Shown piece after piece: positions 1-9,066 of a stretch of DNA of 64,000 nt. The first letter of the stretch is position 1. Every line of letters starts with the position of its first letter. Source of the stretch: an uncultured Alphaproteobacteria bacterium (GTDB lineage Bacteria; Pseudomonadota; Alphaproteobacteria; Rhizobiales; Xanthobacteraceae); contig CAWHFN010000012.1 in the NCBI GenBank assembly GCA_963828475.1, positions 25,439-89,438 of the forward strand. Reading direction: 5' to 3'. The notes under the pieces were generated by a model, which saw only the letters and a program-made list of their open reading frames with translations, searched no databases and was not told the DNA's origin. A program made the position numbers and the translations under genes.

Positions 1-55
1 GATGCGCCCGAACGACGAGTTCTACATGATGGGGCGGCTGCCGAAACAGGGCTGA
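1..55 (+). CDS. 3' end of a gene entering from outside the window (…MRPNDEFYMMGRLPKQG*)
   Basis: Open frame from position 2 to TGA at 53-55 with GC-rich codon usage; too short to identify. Confidence 0.4.
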   Translation, partial: MRPNDEFYMMGRLPKQG

Positions 56-73
56 GCCCGGAGGTTTCCCGCG

Positions 74-565
74 TTGCTGGACTGGACCGAAATCATACTG
101 CGTCTCGGCATCGCCACGCTCGCGGGCGGGCTGATCGGTCTCAACCGCGATCTGCACGGCAAGCCGATCGGATTGAAGACGCTGGGGCTGGTCAGCCTCG
201 CGACGGCCATGCTGATGGTGCCGGTCCATTCGAGCGAAGCCAAAATCGTCTCGGACGCCGGCAGCCGGGTGATGCAGGGAATCGTGACGGGGATCGGTTT
301 TCTCGGCGCCGGCGTCATTGTCCACGCAGGACGTCATTTCAGGGTTCGCGGGCTCACCAGTGCCGCCTGCACCTGGCTGGCGGCCTGTATCGGAATTGTC
401 TGCGGCCTCGGACAATGGCGCGTGGTGATCATCGCATTGGTCATCACCTTCGCGGTCCTGACCATTGGCGGCCGAATGGAACGCTGGTTGCACAAGAGGC
501 TTGGCGGCGAGGACGAGACCGGGCAGGAACCGCCTCCGGCCCCGTCGGACAGACGACCGACGTAG
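74..565 (+). CDS. MgtC/SapB family membrane protein
   Basis: N-terminal RLGIATLAGGLIGLNR, GLKT and GIGFLGAGVI motifs typical of the MgtC family; TTG start. Confidence 0.85.
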   Translation: MLDWTEIILRLGIATLAGGLIGLNRDLHGKPIGLKTLGLVSLATAMLMVPVHSSEAKIVSDAGSRVMQGIVTGIGFLGAGVIVHAGRHFRVRGLTSAACTWLAACIGIVCGLGQWRVVIIALVITFAVLTIGGRMERWLHKRLGGEDETGQEPPPAPSDRRPT

Positions 566-574
566 GGCCGTCAT

Positions 575-1192
575 TTAATCGGGTCCGCACCAGCCCGGCA
601 GATAGACCGCGTCCTTGGTCCTGGCAAAACCGAGCGCCTTCTCCATCGCCTTGTCGAAATTCGCCTCCACGCTTTTGCGCGAGATTTTGCGGCGCAGAAA
701 ATCCGCCCACAGAAATTCGCTGAACGGGGTGATGTCCTTTGCAAAACCGCCGATGCGGCGCAATTCTCCGGCGAGGCTGCGGAATGGATCGTCTGCCAGG
801 CCCGTGACCGACTTCGGCAGGTCCTTGAAGTGCCGCCGTTCGCCCTTGGTGTCGTAGGGATAGGCCCATCGCTTGTGGTCCATCACCGTCCAGAACGCCT
901 CGCGCTCGACCATGGTGAGATCGCCGATCACCGTGACCAGGACATGCTCGACGCCCTCATCATGCAGTGCACGCGCCAGATGATGATGGTCGACGACGTA
1001 ATGGTGCTCGTCCGGCCCGAGCACGACCGGGATCATGTGCTTGCCGAGCAGTTCGGCGCGCTTCTTTTCCGACTTTTGCTCGCGCCAGCGCTTGCGCTTC
1101 TCCTTTACCTCGCGCAGGCCGACCGTCATCTGGGTCGGACGCAGTGACAGGATCGGGACCGGCTTGAGGATCGGGTCGCGCGTATTGGCCAT
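575..1192 (-). CDS. ParB-like (ParBc_2-type) protein
   Basis: LRPTQMTVG, DHHHLARAL and DDPFRSLAGELR motifs. Real start is ATG at 1192 (MANTRDP) after GTAGAGGG; the longer ORF-track extension is spurious. Confidence 0.8.
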   Translation of the reverse strand: MANTRDPILKPVPILSLRPTQMTVGLREVKEKRKRWREQKSEKKRAELLGKHMIPVVLGPDEHHYVVDHHHLARALHDEGVEHVLVTVIGDLTMVEREAFWTVMDHKRWAYPYDTKGERRHFKDLPKSVTGLADDPFRSLAGELRRIGGFAKDITPFSEFLWADFLRRKISRKSVEANFDKAMEKALGFARTKDAVYLPGWCGPD

Positions 1193-1471
1193 GGTTTGCC
1201 CCTCTACTTCGTGCCCTGATCCGCAAAATGGCTCCCAAACAGGGTTTACCATGCCATGATGGTGCGAGCCCTCAAATGACCGCGACCCGAGGCTTGCGGC
1301 AGGCATGCCAGGATGGCCCGAAGCCGAACGCCACGGGCTTCCCGATCGACGGCAACAGGTTCCATCAAACGTTGCGCGTATGGATGGCTGCTCCGCAAGC
1401 AGTAACATTTGATGTTGGAAGCGCTGCCGCTGTGCTAAGGAAGGCGCAGGATTTTTCGCGGATCGGCGGCA

Positions 1472-1876
1472 GTGAAAACCCAGCGGCCCATTATTTCGGA
1501 CGATGAGCATGTCGTGCTCAAGTTCCGGCCGCGCACCTCCGCCCACCCGCCGGGCGGACGGGAAGAATCCGATCCGGCCAAGACGCCTGGCATCAAGACG
1601 CACAATACCAAGACACCCAATACCAACACCAAGACCCCCAACGCCAGCACGTCGCCTGCGGCGAACGACCTGTCCCACTACGAGCGGCCGCGCGACGAGG
1701 GCGACGATTTCCGTCATCGCATGCTCGCCAATATCGCAGCGCTCGCGTTCACCGTGGCGCTGACCGCCATCGGCATCTGGCTTGCGGTCAGCATCGCCGA
1801 TCTGCGCAAGACCCAGGATTGCGTCCTGATGGGCCGCCGCGACTGTGCGAGGATTTCGGTGACGCCGCTGGGGTAG
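1472..1876 (+). CDS. Hypothetical single-pass membrane protein with low-complexity KTP/TNT insert
   Basis: 134 aa; one hydrophobic helix (IAALAFTVALTAIGIWLAV) then C-x4-RRDC; near-tandem ACCAAGAC(A/C)CCCAA copies at about 1607-1642. Confidence 0.7.
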   Translation: MKTQRPIISDDEHVVLKFRPRTSAHPPGGREESDPAKTPGIKTHNTKTPNTNTKTPNASTSPAANDLSHYERPRDEGDDFRHRMLANIAALAFTVALTAIGIWLAVSIADLRKTQDCVLMGRRDCARISVTPLG

Positions 1877-1906
1877 TGACGCACGATCGTCGTACCAAAT
1901 CACCGC

Positions 1907-2004
1907 GTCATACCCGCGAAGGCGGTATCCAGTACGCTGCGGCCTCTCGGTTCTATCACTGCTGTCTCTGGAATACTGGATCACCCGCCTTCGCCGGTGA
2001 TGAC
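1907..2004. repeat. About 100-bp palindromic intergenic element (GTCAT…ATGAC ends, TCCAGTA/TACTGGA arms)
   Basis: Inverted termini and internal inverted arms are visible; resembles REP/MITE-like elements of Bradyrhizobiaceae (from memory). Confidence 0.75.
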
Positions 2005-2009
2005 GACTG

Positions 2010-2600
2010 AGTATGCGTCGGCATTCTCGCGACGCATTGCGCCCGAGGTTTGCATGAAACCTTGTCCCTCCTGAGAAGAGGGAGCAGGGAATGCCGGGTG
2101 CTTGCTGCACCCGCGGTCTCGTGTGCAATGTGCACGAGGAAGTGCGCACACGAGCATACAGGTACAGCCGGAGCACGCCGGCATTCCCTGCGCAATGGGT
2201 TGACGGCTTATGCCGCGCTCTCCCTGGAGACGAATTCGTCTTGCCTCCATCGCTGCCGGCTTGATGGCAAGATCGATCCGGTTGGACCAACTTCGCCACC
2301 GGCAGCTTGACATCAGCCACGGATGCCAGGACCACACGGTTTTGCCGTACGCTTCAGCGCCGTACGTCCTGCGCACCGTTCGCCACTCATGAGGTTCAAT
2401 TCACCCTGCGACGACCTTGTGCGCCTGACGCTGCCGCGTCCACCACAACCCGTCCCAACGTTCGTGACGATGGCCAACGCCCCTCTTCTTTGGGACGGGA
2501 TGGCAGGTTTGTAGAACTGATTTGGGGTAGCGGCGAAGCGAATTATTTCTTCGCACTGGACTGGACGGGGCAAATCAGATTGAAGCTGTTGGAGAAAATC
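2010..2600. repeat. About 600-bp highly structured non-coding element (dispersed Bradyrhizobium-type repeat)
   Basis: Perfect 14-bp stem 2084-2097/2178-2191 enclosing hairpins 2096-2112 and 2118-2154; CTGATTTG…CAAATCAG arms near 2517-2580; only implausible ORFs overlap it. Confidence 0.7.
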
Positions 2601-2765
2601 GTCCCATCGCGCAAGCCCGAATAGCCGCGGTCACCGGCTCGTGGGGCCTCATCCATTCTTCATCAGCTTTGTACCAATCGAACCGGACGAGAATTAGGTG
2701 CACCGTCGCTGCAATTCCCGTTACGTTAGGTCAGGACAAAAGCAAAAAGTACGAGGGAGGCACCG

Positions 2766-3806
2766 TTGAGAATCTCAATCGCTGCGGCAAGCTTTTTTCT
2801 CGCAACTCTCCTTTCCATTCCCGCACTGGCACAGACGAGGGCTCTGGTGACTGAAGAGATGATGGTCAAGACGGCCGATCCCGGCATCGAAATATATGTC
2901 CGCAACAAACGGCCGGCGGACATGACCTCGTTCCGGCCGGAGCAGACCGTGCTCTACGTGCACGGCGCGACCTACCCATCCGAGACGGCGTTCGACCTCA
3001 AGCTCGATGGGTTGTCCTGGATGGAATACATCGCCGCGCGCGGCTATGACGTCTGGCTTCTCGACCTGCGCGGTTACGGCAAATCCACGCGCCCTGCCGA
3101 GATGGCCGACAGGCCGGAAGCCAATGCGCCTGTTGTCACCGGCAAGACCGCGGTCAAGGACATCGGCGCGGCGGTCGACTTCATCCTGCAGCGCCGCAAC
3201 ATTCCGCGTCTCAACCTTCTGGGCTGGTCCTGGGGCACGACGCTGATGGCGACCTACACCACGCAGAACGCCGCGAAGGTCGAACGTCTCGTCCTCTACG
3301 CACCGGCCTGGATCCGGCAGACGCCTTCGCTGGTTCAGGCAGGCGCCGGCAAGCTTGGCGCGTACCGAATGGTCAACCGCGATCAGGCAAAGGAGCGCTG
3401 GTACACCGGCGTGCCCGAGGACAAGAAAGCCGCCCTCATTCCCGCCGGCTGGTTCGACGCCTGGGCGGATGCGACATTCGCAACCGATCCGGTCGGCGCG
3501 AAGATGACTCCCCCGGTCCTTCGCGCCCCCAACGGCGTCGTGCAGGACAGCACCGAATTCTTCGGCGCCGGCAAGCCCTATTACGATCCGGCCAAGATCA
3601 CGGTGCCCACTTTATTGGTCGGCGCCGAATGGGACCGCGACACGCCGCCTTACATGGCACAGACGCTGTTTCCGCTGTTGGTGAACTCGCCGGGAAAGCG
3701 CTACGTCGCGCTGGCCGAGGGAACGCACACCATCATCATGGAGCGCAATCGGCTGAAGCTGTTCGAGGCGGTTCAGGCGTTTCTGGAGGAGGCGAAACGG
3801 TCGTGA
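2766..3806 (+). CDS. Secreted alpha/beta-fold hydrolase
   Basis: Signal peptide, VHGATY oxyanion region, GWSWG nucleophile elbow, GTH catalytic His; RBS GAGGGAGG before TTG. Confidence 0.85.
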   Translation: MRISIAAASFFLATLLSIPALAQTRALVTEEMMVKTADPGIEIYVRNKRPADMTSFRPEQTVLYVHGATYPSETAFDLKLDGLSWMEYIAARGYDVWLLDLRGYGKSTRPAEMADRPEANAPVVTGKTAVKDIGAAVDFILQRRNIPRLNLLGWSWGTTLMATYTTQNAAKVERLVLYAPAWIRQTPSLVQAGAGKLGAYRMVNRDQAKERWYTGVPEDKKAALIPAGWFDAWADATFATDPVGAKMTPPVLRAPNGVVQDSTEFFGAGKPYYDPAKITVPTLLVGAEWDRDTPPYMAQTLFPLLVNSPGKRYVALAEGTHTIIMERNRLKLFEAVQAFLEEAKRS

Positions 3807-3975
3807 GAGGTAGTAGCTCGTAGGACGGGTGGATCATTACGGTGACACCCATTAAGCTGACCGATTGGACTGCACCCCGTCAGTGAGACGCACCAATTTC
3901 TGAGACAGCGGTCCTACGACCAAAAGCCGCCGTTTTTGCCGCCAAATCCAATGCGGTGGGACGAGCCCCTTTCCA

Positions 3976-4004
3976 TTGAACTAAGCCCCCCGCTCCGATA
4001 TACG
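3976..4004 (+). promoter_or_regulatory. Candidate sigma70 promoter for the acpXL cluster (TTGAAC-N17-TATACG)
   Basis: Hexamers at 3976-3981 and 3999-4004 with a 17-nt spacer, about 100 nt upstream of acpXL. Confidence 0.5.
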
Positions 4005-4100
4005 GGCTGTCAACTCCGGCCGAGGGGAACAGGGCCTTCCGGGGCCGTTCACCCGCCTCCTCAAGCCGTTCCGGATTAGCTCCAATATATCAAAGGCTTA

Positions 4101-4397
4101 ATGATGTCTTCTACATTCGATCAGATCGCCAACATTATCGCGGAGACCTGCGACATTCCGCGCGACACGATCAAGCCGGAGAGCCACGCCATCGACGATC
4201 TGGGAATCGACAGCCTGGACTTCCTCGACATCGCCTTTGCCATCGACAAGGCGTTCGGGATCAAGATGCCGCTCGAAAAATGGACCCAGGAAGTCAACGA
4301 CGGCAAGGCCACGACCGAGCAATATTTCGTGCTGCAAAATCTCGCCGATCGCATCGACGAACTGGTCGCCGCCAAGAATGCAGCGCCGGGCGCCTAG
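4101..4397 (+). CDS. acpXL: Specialised acyl carrier protein for lipid A very-long-chain fatty acid
   Basis: [18 protein letters not shown] phosphopantetheine motif plus [10 protein letters not shown]…YFVL, characteristic of AcpXL; cluster context. Confidence 0.93.
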   Translation: MMSSTFDQIANIIAETCDIPRDTIKPESHAIDDLGIDSLDFLDIAFAIDKAFGIKMPLEKWTQEVNDGKATTEQYFVLQNLADRIDELVAAKNAAPGA

Positions 4398-4501
4398 AGC
4401 CATTTCCGTTCCGATTGACTCGGAACGGGGCTCCAGAATTCTTGGTTTTGACGCGTTTTCTTGACGCGAACCGGCCTCCACTTCGCTGGAAAACGCATTA
4501 G
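4394..4501. repeat. RIME-like rhizobial intergenic mosaic element (two palindromic modules)
   Basis: CTAGAGC…CCGTTCCGA/TCGGAACGG…GCTCCAG module, then TTTTGACGCGTTTTCTT…GAACCGG…CCACTTCGC…GAAAACGC; second copy at 53541-53599. Confidence 0.75.
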
Positions 4502-4510
4502 TCGCCCGCC

Positions 4511-4984
4511 ATGAACCTCGATTACTTTCAGCTCATCGACCGCATCGTCGACCTCAATCTCGACGAGAAGAAAATCACGGTCGAGGCACAGGTTCCGGCT
4601 GTTCACACCATCTTCGAAGGGCATTTTCCGGGTTTCCCGATCATGCCCGGCGTGCTGCTGACCGAAGCGATGGCGCAGAGTTCCGGCTGGCTGATACTCG
4701 GCGTCCTGAAGTTCGAGCGCATGCCGTTCCTGGCCATCGTGAAGGAAGCCAAGATGCGGGGTTTCGTCAGTCCCGGTCAGTTGCTGACGATCGAGGCGAA
4801 GCTCGAGCACGAAGGTTCCGGTTTTGCCGTCACCAAGGTCAAGGGACGCGTCGGCAAGGAATTGAAGTGCAGCGCTGAATTAACCTTCGGCCTTACCCCG
4901 TTCCCCGATCCGGCGCTTCGCGTTCACATGGACGCGAAGGCCATCGAGATCGGCTTCCCATTGCAGGCGATAACGCATGACTGA
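4511..4984 (+). CDS. fabZ: FabZ/FabA-family 3-hydroxyacyl-ACP dehydratase (FabZXL)
   Basis: FEGHFPGFPIMPGVLLTEAMAQ motif; lies between acpXL and fabF. Confidence 0.9.
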   Translation: MNLDYFQLIDRIVDLNLDEKKITVEAQVPAVHTIFEGHFPGFPIMPGVLLTEAMAQSSGWLILGVLKFERMPFLAIVKEAKMRGFVSPGQLLTIEAKLEHEGSGFAVTKVKGRVGKELKCSAELTFGLTPFPDPALRVHMDAKAIEIGFPLQAITHD

Positions 4985-6179
4985 GTCCAAATCTCCGGCG
5001 GCGAAGGAAGTCTGGATCACCGGCATCGGCATCGTCTCCTCGCTCGGCGAGGGGTTGGATGCGCATTGGGATGCGCTGAACGCCAAGACCATCAACGTCG
5101 ACGACAAGCGGTTTGCGCCCTATATCGTGCATCCGCTGGCGCCGGTCTCGTTCGACGCCCAGATCCCGAAAAAGGGCGACCAGCGCCAGATGGAAGCGTG
5201 GCAGCGCATCGGCACCTATGCCGCGGGGCTGGCGCTGGATTCGGCCGGCATCAAAGGCGACAAGGAAATCCTGGGGCGGACGGACATGATCGTCGCCGCC
5301 GGCGGCGGCGAGCGCGACCTCGCGGTCGACCTTGCGATCATGACCGCCGACGCCAAGGGCAATTCGAGTCCTGGCTTCCTCAACGAACGGCTGATGAACG
5401 ATCTGCGGCCGACGCTGTTCCTGGCGCAACTCTCCAACCTGCTCGCCGGCAACATCGCCATCGTGCATGGCGTGTGCGGAACGTCGCGCACCTTCATGGG
5501 CGAGGAAGCCGCCTCCATCGACGCGGCGCGGATCGCACTTGCGCGTATCGAATCCGGGCAGAGCGACATCGCCCTCGTCGGCGCCGCTCACAATGGCGAG
5601 CGCTCCGATCTGCTGGTCCTCTATGAATTCGGCGACTTCAATCTGAAAGAGAAGTATGCCCCGGTCTGGCAGCGCGAAGGCGGAAGCGGTTTTGCGCTCG
5701 GCTCCGCCGGCTGTTTCCTGGTGCTGGAATCCCGCGAACATGCCGAAGCGCGCGGCGCCAAGCCGTATGCAAAACTGACCAAGGTGGTCGCCGACCTCGC
5801 GCAGCGCAAGCAGCCCGGCGCGGTGACCCGATCGCTGGAAGCGCTGTGGCCGAAACTCGGCGTCGCCGGCGACAGCGGCAATTTGATCACCGGCGCGACC
5901 GGCGTCGAGCCGGTGACGTCGGAAGAAAAAGCGTTCCTGCGCCAGCACCCTGGGTTCGCCGTGCGCGCCACCGGAACGATGTTCGGCCATACGCTGGAGA
6001 CCCAGTTTCCGCTCGGCCTGGCGCTGGCCGCGCTTTCGCTCTCCCGCGGCGCGCTGTTTCCGCCCAATGATCCGACCGGGCTCGAGGTTGAAAAGGCAGG
6101 TCCCCCGGACCAGATTGTGGTGGTGGGGGCCGGTCACTGGCAGGGCGAAGGCATGGCCCTGGTCGAGGCCGTCAAGTAA
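4977..6179 (+). CDS. Beta-ketoacyl-ACP synthase family protein (FabF2XL-like, lacks the canonical catalytic Cys)
   Basis: Thiolase-fold KAS motifs; GEEAAS where the active paralog has TACASG; overlaps fabZ. Confidence 0.85.
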   Translation: MTESKSPAAKEVWITGIGIVSSLGEGLDAHWDALNAKTINVDDKRFAPYIVHPLAPVSFDAQIPKKGDQRQMEAWQRIGTYAAGLALDSAGIKGDKEILGRTDMIVAAGGGERDLAVDLAIMTADAKGNSSPGFLNERLMNDLRPTLFLAQLSNLLAGNIAIVHGVCGTSRTFMGEEAASIDAARIALARIESGQSDIALVGAAHNGERSDLLVLYEFGDFNLKEKYAPVWQREGGSGFALGSAGCFLVLESREHAEARGAKPYAKLTKVVADLAQRKQPGAVTRSLEALWPKLGVAGDSGNLITGATGVEPVTSEEKAFLRQHPGFAVRATGTMFGHTLETQFPLGLALAALSLSRGALFPPNDPTGLEVEKAGPPDQIVVVGAGHWQGEGMALVEAVK

Positions 6180-6201
6180 TCGGCGCAACATCGGGGGAAC
6201 C

Positions 6202-7479
6202 ATGTCAGCACCATCAGATAAATTCGGCAGGCCGATCGTCGTCGTCACCGGCATGGGCGTGGTGACGTCGCTCGGGGCCGGCAAGACGGACAATTGGCGC
6301 AAGCTGATCGCGGGCGAGTCCGGTATCCGCACCGTGACACGCTTCCCGATCGACGGCTTGAAATCCACCATGGCGGGCACGGTCGATTTCGTCAGCGTCG
6401 ATCCCGTAACCTCGACGGGATTGACCGAACGGCTGGCGGAAATGGCGACCGAAGAAGCGCTCGAACAGGCGTCCATTGGCGCCAAGGCCGATTTTCCCGG
6501 ACCGCTGTTTCTCGCGGTAGCGCCGGTCGAGGTCGAATGGCCGCAACGGCTCGAACTCGGACGCGCGATCGGCAAGACCGAATTCGGCTATGACGACATG
6601 CTGCGCGTCAGCGGCGGCGGCCGCTTCGCAGCCTACCATCACCGCTTCATGTTCGGCTCGGTGGCGAGCCACCTGGCCGAAACCTTCGGCACCAAGGGCT
6701 CGCCGATCTCGCTCTCCACCGCCTGCGCCTCCGGCGCGACCGCAATCCAGCTCGGCGTCGAGGCGATCCGCCGCGGCGATGCGGACGCGGCGCTGTGCGT
6801 GGGGACCGACGGCTCGGTCAATCCGGAAGCGCTGGTGCGGTTTTCGCTATTGTCGGCGCTGTCGACGCAGAACGACCCGCCACAGGCCGCCTCAAAGCCG
6901 TTCTCGAAGAACCGCGACGGATTTGTGATGGCGGAAGGCGCCGGCGCGATGGTGCTGGAGAGCTATAAATCGGCGATTGCACGCGGCGCAAAAATTCTCG
7001 GTGTGGTCGCCGGCTGCGGCGAGCTGACGGATTCATTCCACCGCACCCGCTCCAGCCCGGACGGCAAGCCGATCATCGGCTGCATGCGCAAGACGCTGGC
7101 CGATGCCGGCCTCGAGCCGGAGCAGATCGACCACATCAACGCGCACGGCACCGCGACGCCGGAAAACGACAAGATGGAGTACAACACGACCGCGGTCGTG
7201 TTCGGCGAGCATCTGCCGAAGATTCCGGTGTCGTCGAACAAGTCGATGGTCGGGCATACGATTTCGGCGGCCGGCGCGGTGGAAGCCGTGTTCTCGCTGC
7301 TGACGCTGGAGCACCAGCGGATCCCACCGACCATCAATTACGAGATTCCGGATCCGGCGATCCTGTTCGATGTGGTCGGCAACACCGCGCGCGACGCCAA
7401 GGTCACCGCCGTGATGTCGAACTCGTTCGGTTTCGGCGGGCAAAACGCCTCGCTGATCCTGACGCGCGAACCGGTCTAG
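6202..7479 (+). CDS. fabF: Beta-ketoacyl-ACP synthase II (FabF1XL-like)
   Basis: STACASGA, INAHGTAT and SNSFGFGGQN motifs; start ATG 6202 after GGGGGA. Confidence 0.9.
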   Translation: MSAPSDKFGRPIVVVTGMGVVTSLGAGKTDNWRKLIAGESGIRTVTRFPIDGLKSTMAGTVDFVSVDPVTSTGLTERLAEMATEEALEQASIGAKADFPGPLFLAVAPVEVEWPQRLELGRAIGKTEFGYDDMLRVSGGGRFAAYHHRFMFGSVASHLAETFGTKGSPISLSTACASGATAIQLGVEAIRRGDADAALCVGTDGSVNPEALVRFSLLSALSTQNDPPQAASKPFSKNRDGFVMAEGAGAMVLESYKSAIARGAKILGVVAGCGELTDSFHRTRSSPDGKPIIGCMRKTLADAGLEPEQIDHINAHGTATPENDKMEYNTTAVVFGEHLPKIPVSSNKSMVGHTISAAGAVEAVFSLLTLEHQRIPPTINYEIPDPAILFDVVGNTARDAKVTAVMSNSFGFGGQNASLILTREPV

Positions 7480-7500
7480 CGAGACAGCTGCTTCGCAAAA

Positions 7501-8436
7501 ATGAACCGCCTGCTCCTACGCACAAGAGCGCGCCTGCGCGACGCCGCAAAACCTGTGGCGGAAGCCGCCGTCGGCGCGCTGACGGTCGCGCTGTTGCGCA
7601 CCACGCGCTATTTCGATCCGGACAAGACCGCCAATTTCTTCGGCCGCGTCACCCGCTTCATTGGCCGGCGGCTGCGCGAGGACCGCATCGGGCGCGAGAA
7701 TCTCACGGCAGCTTTTCCCGAAAAGTCGCCCGAGGAGATCGAAACCATTCTGGCCGGCGTCTGGGACAATCTCGGCCGCATCGGCGCCGAGTTCGCCCAT
7801 CTTGACCACATCTGGGACTACGACGTCGATCATCCGGACAAACCGAGCCGCGTCGAGTTCGGCGCGCGGACCAAGCAGATTTTCGATGCCCTGCGCGACG
7901 ACGGCAAGCCGGCGATCATCTTCGCCAGCCATCTCGGCAATTGGGAGATCCCGGCGCTCGGCGCGGTCGCCCATGGGCTGGATTGCGCGATCCTGTTCCG
8001 CCGCCCCAACATCGAGTCCGCCGACCGCGCCATCGAACGGATCCGCGCCGTCAAGATGGGCACGCTGGTGCCGGCCGGCCGCGAGGCACCGCTCAAACTC
8101 GCCGAGGCGTTGCAGCGCGGCCAGCACGTCGCGATGCTGGTCGATCAGTACATGGGCAACGGCGTCGAGGTGACGTTCTTCGGCCGCAAGACCAAGGCTA
8201 ACCCGACGCTGGCGCGGCTGTTGCGGCAGGTCGATTGCCCCGTGCACGGCGTCCGCATCATCCGCCTGCCCAACCATAAATTCCGCGCGGAACTGTCCGA
8301 AGAGGTCAAGCCGGCGCGCGATGCGACGGGGCAGATCGATATTCAAGGCACGATGCAGGCGGTGACGTCAGTGGTCGAAGGCTGGGTGCGGGAGTATCCG
8401 GACCAGTGGCTGTGGCTGCACAGAAGGTGGCGGTAG
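7501..8436 (+). CDS. lpxXL: Lipid A acyltransferase (HtrB/MsbB family)
   Basis: SHLGNWE, LVDQ and YPDQWLWLHRRWR motifs; last gene of the acpXL cluster. Confidence 0.88.
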   Translation: MNRLLLRTRARLRDAAKPVAEAAVGALTVALLRTTRYFDPDKTANFFGRVTRFIGRRLREDRIGRENLTAAFPEKSPEEIETILAGVWDNLGRIGAEFAHLDHIWDYDVDHPDKPSRVEFGARTKQIFDALRDDGKPAIIFASHLGNWEIPALGAVAHGLDCAILFRRPNIESADRAIERIRAVKMGTLVPAGREAPLKLAEALQRGQHVAMLVDQYMGNGVEVTFFGRKTKANPTLARLLRQVDCPVHGVRIIRLPNHKFRAELSEEVKPARDATGQIDIQGTMQAVTSVVEGWVREYPDQWLWLHRRWR

Positions 8437-8446
8437 TTTAGCGAGC

Positions 8447-8533
8447 GTAGCCCGAATGGAGCGAAGCGCAATCCGGGACTATTTTTTTGTGCCGTCTCGC
8501 ATTTCCCGGGTTGCGCTTCGCTTCACCCGGGCT
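8447..8533. repeat. Inverted pair of GTAG-type REP sequences
   Basis: GTAGCCCGAATGGAGCGAAGCGCAATCCGGGA (8447-8478) and a near reverse complement (8504-8533). Confidence 0.8.
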
Positions 8534-8835
8534 TTTTATTTCATATTCGCTATTGTCTCTCGTGGAGCGCGCTGCGCACAGCTCTTTCGAAGACCGCTGC
8601 TGCCAGACGCAGTCGTCGTCAATCCAGGCCACCGCCGGAGGCGGCTGCGTAGGGCCTTGACGGCGGCACCAGGAAAATGCGAATCCGTAAGAAAGCGGGT
8701 TTCACGCGTCTGTCGGGTATGCCGTCTTGGCGACCGGCGTATCGGGCGCATAGCGCCGGTCCACGGGAGGCCGCTATAGTGGAAGCGGTTGATTGCGGGA
8801 GGGGCGGAAGGTGAACGAAAAGGCTACAGGCCAGC

Positions 8836-8949
8836 CTACCCGCCGAACAGCAAGCCGAGACTCCACGCCTTCAGCGCAACGGCCGATCCCAGGATGAAGA
8901 CGATCTGCAACAGCGTGCGCGTTGAAAAGAACGTGAGAATGTTGGTCAT
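8836..8949 (-). CDS. Small 37-aa hydrophobic protein (MTNILTFFSTRTLLQIVFILGSAVALKAWSLGLLFGG)
   Basis: RBS GGGAG 6 nt before ATG, own promoter-like hexamers, one predicted TM helix. Confidence 0.6.
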   Translation of the reverse strand: MTNILTFFSTRTLLQIVFILGSAVALKAWSLGLLFGG

Positions 8950-8967
8950 GTGATGCTCCCGGCGGGA

Positions 8968-8996
8968 GCTATAGGTGTTCGCTCGGGTTTCGGCAA
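8968..8996 (-). promoter_or_regulatory. Candidate sigma70 promoter (TTGCCG-N17-TATAGC) for the 37-aa ORF
   Basis: Hexamers at 8991-8996 and 8968-8973 on the minus strand with a 17-nt spacer. Confidence 0.55.
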
Positions 8997-9066
8997 CAAG
9001 AGTTTGTGGGGAGCGTAGCCCGTTCGTCATTGCAATGACGGAGAGAACGGTCGCAGCCGCGGCGCG

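Noticed and set aside
1193-2335. 586-aa ORF extension of the ParB-like gene and several ORFs at 1956-2624
   Set aside because: They read through an oppositely oriented gene and non-coding repeats; the composition is not protein-like
4893-6575. Long antisense ORFs (also 39630-40724, 59151-60845 and others)
   Set aside because: Shadow frames typical of high-GC coding DNA; no motifs or RBS
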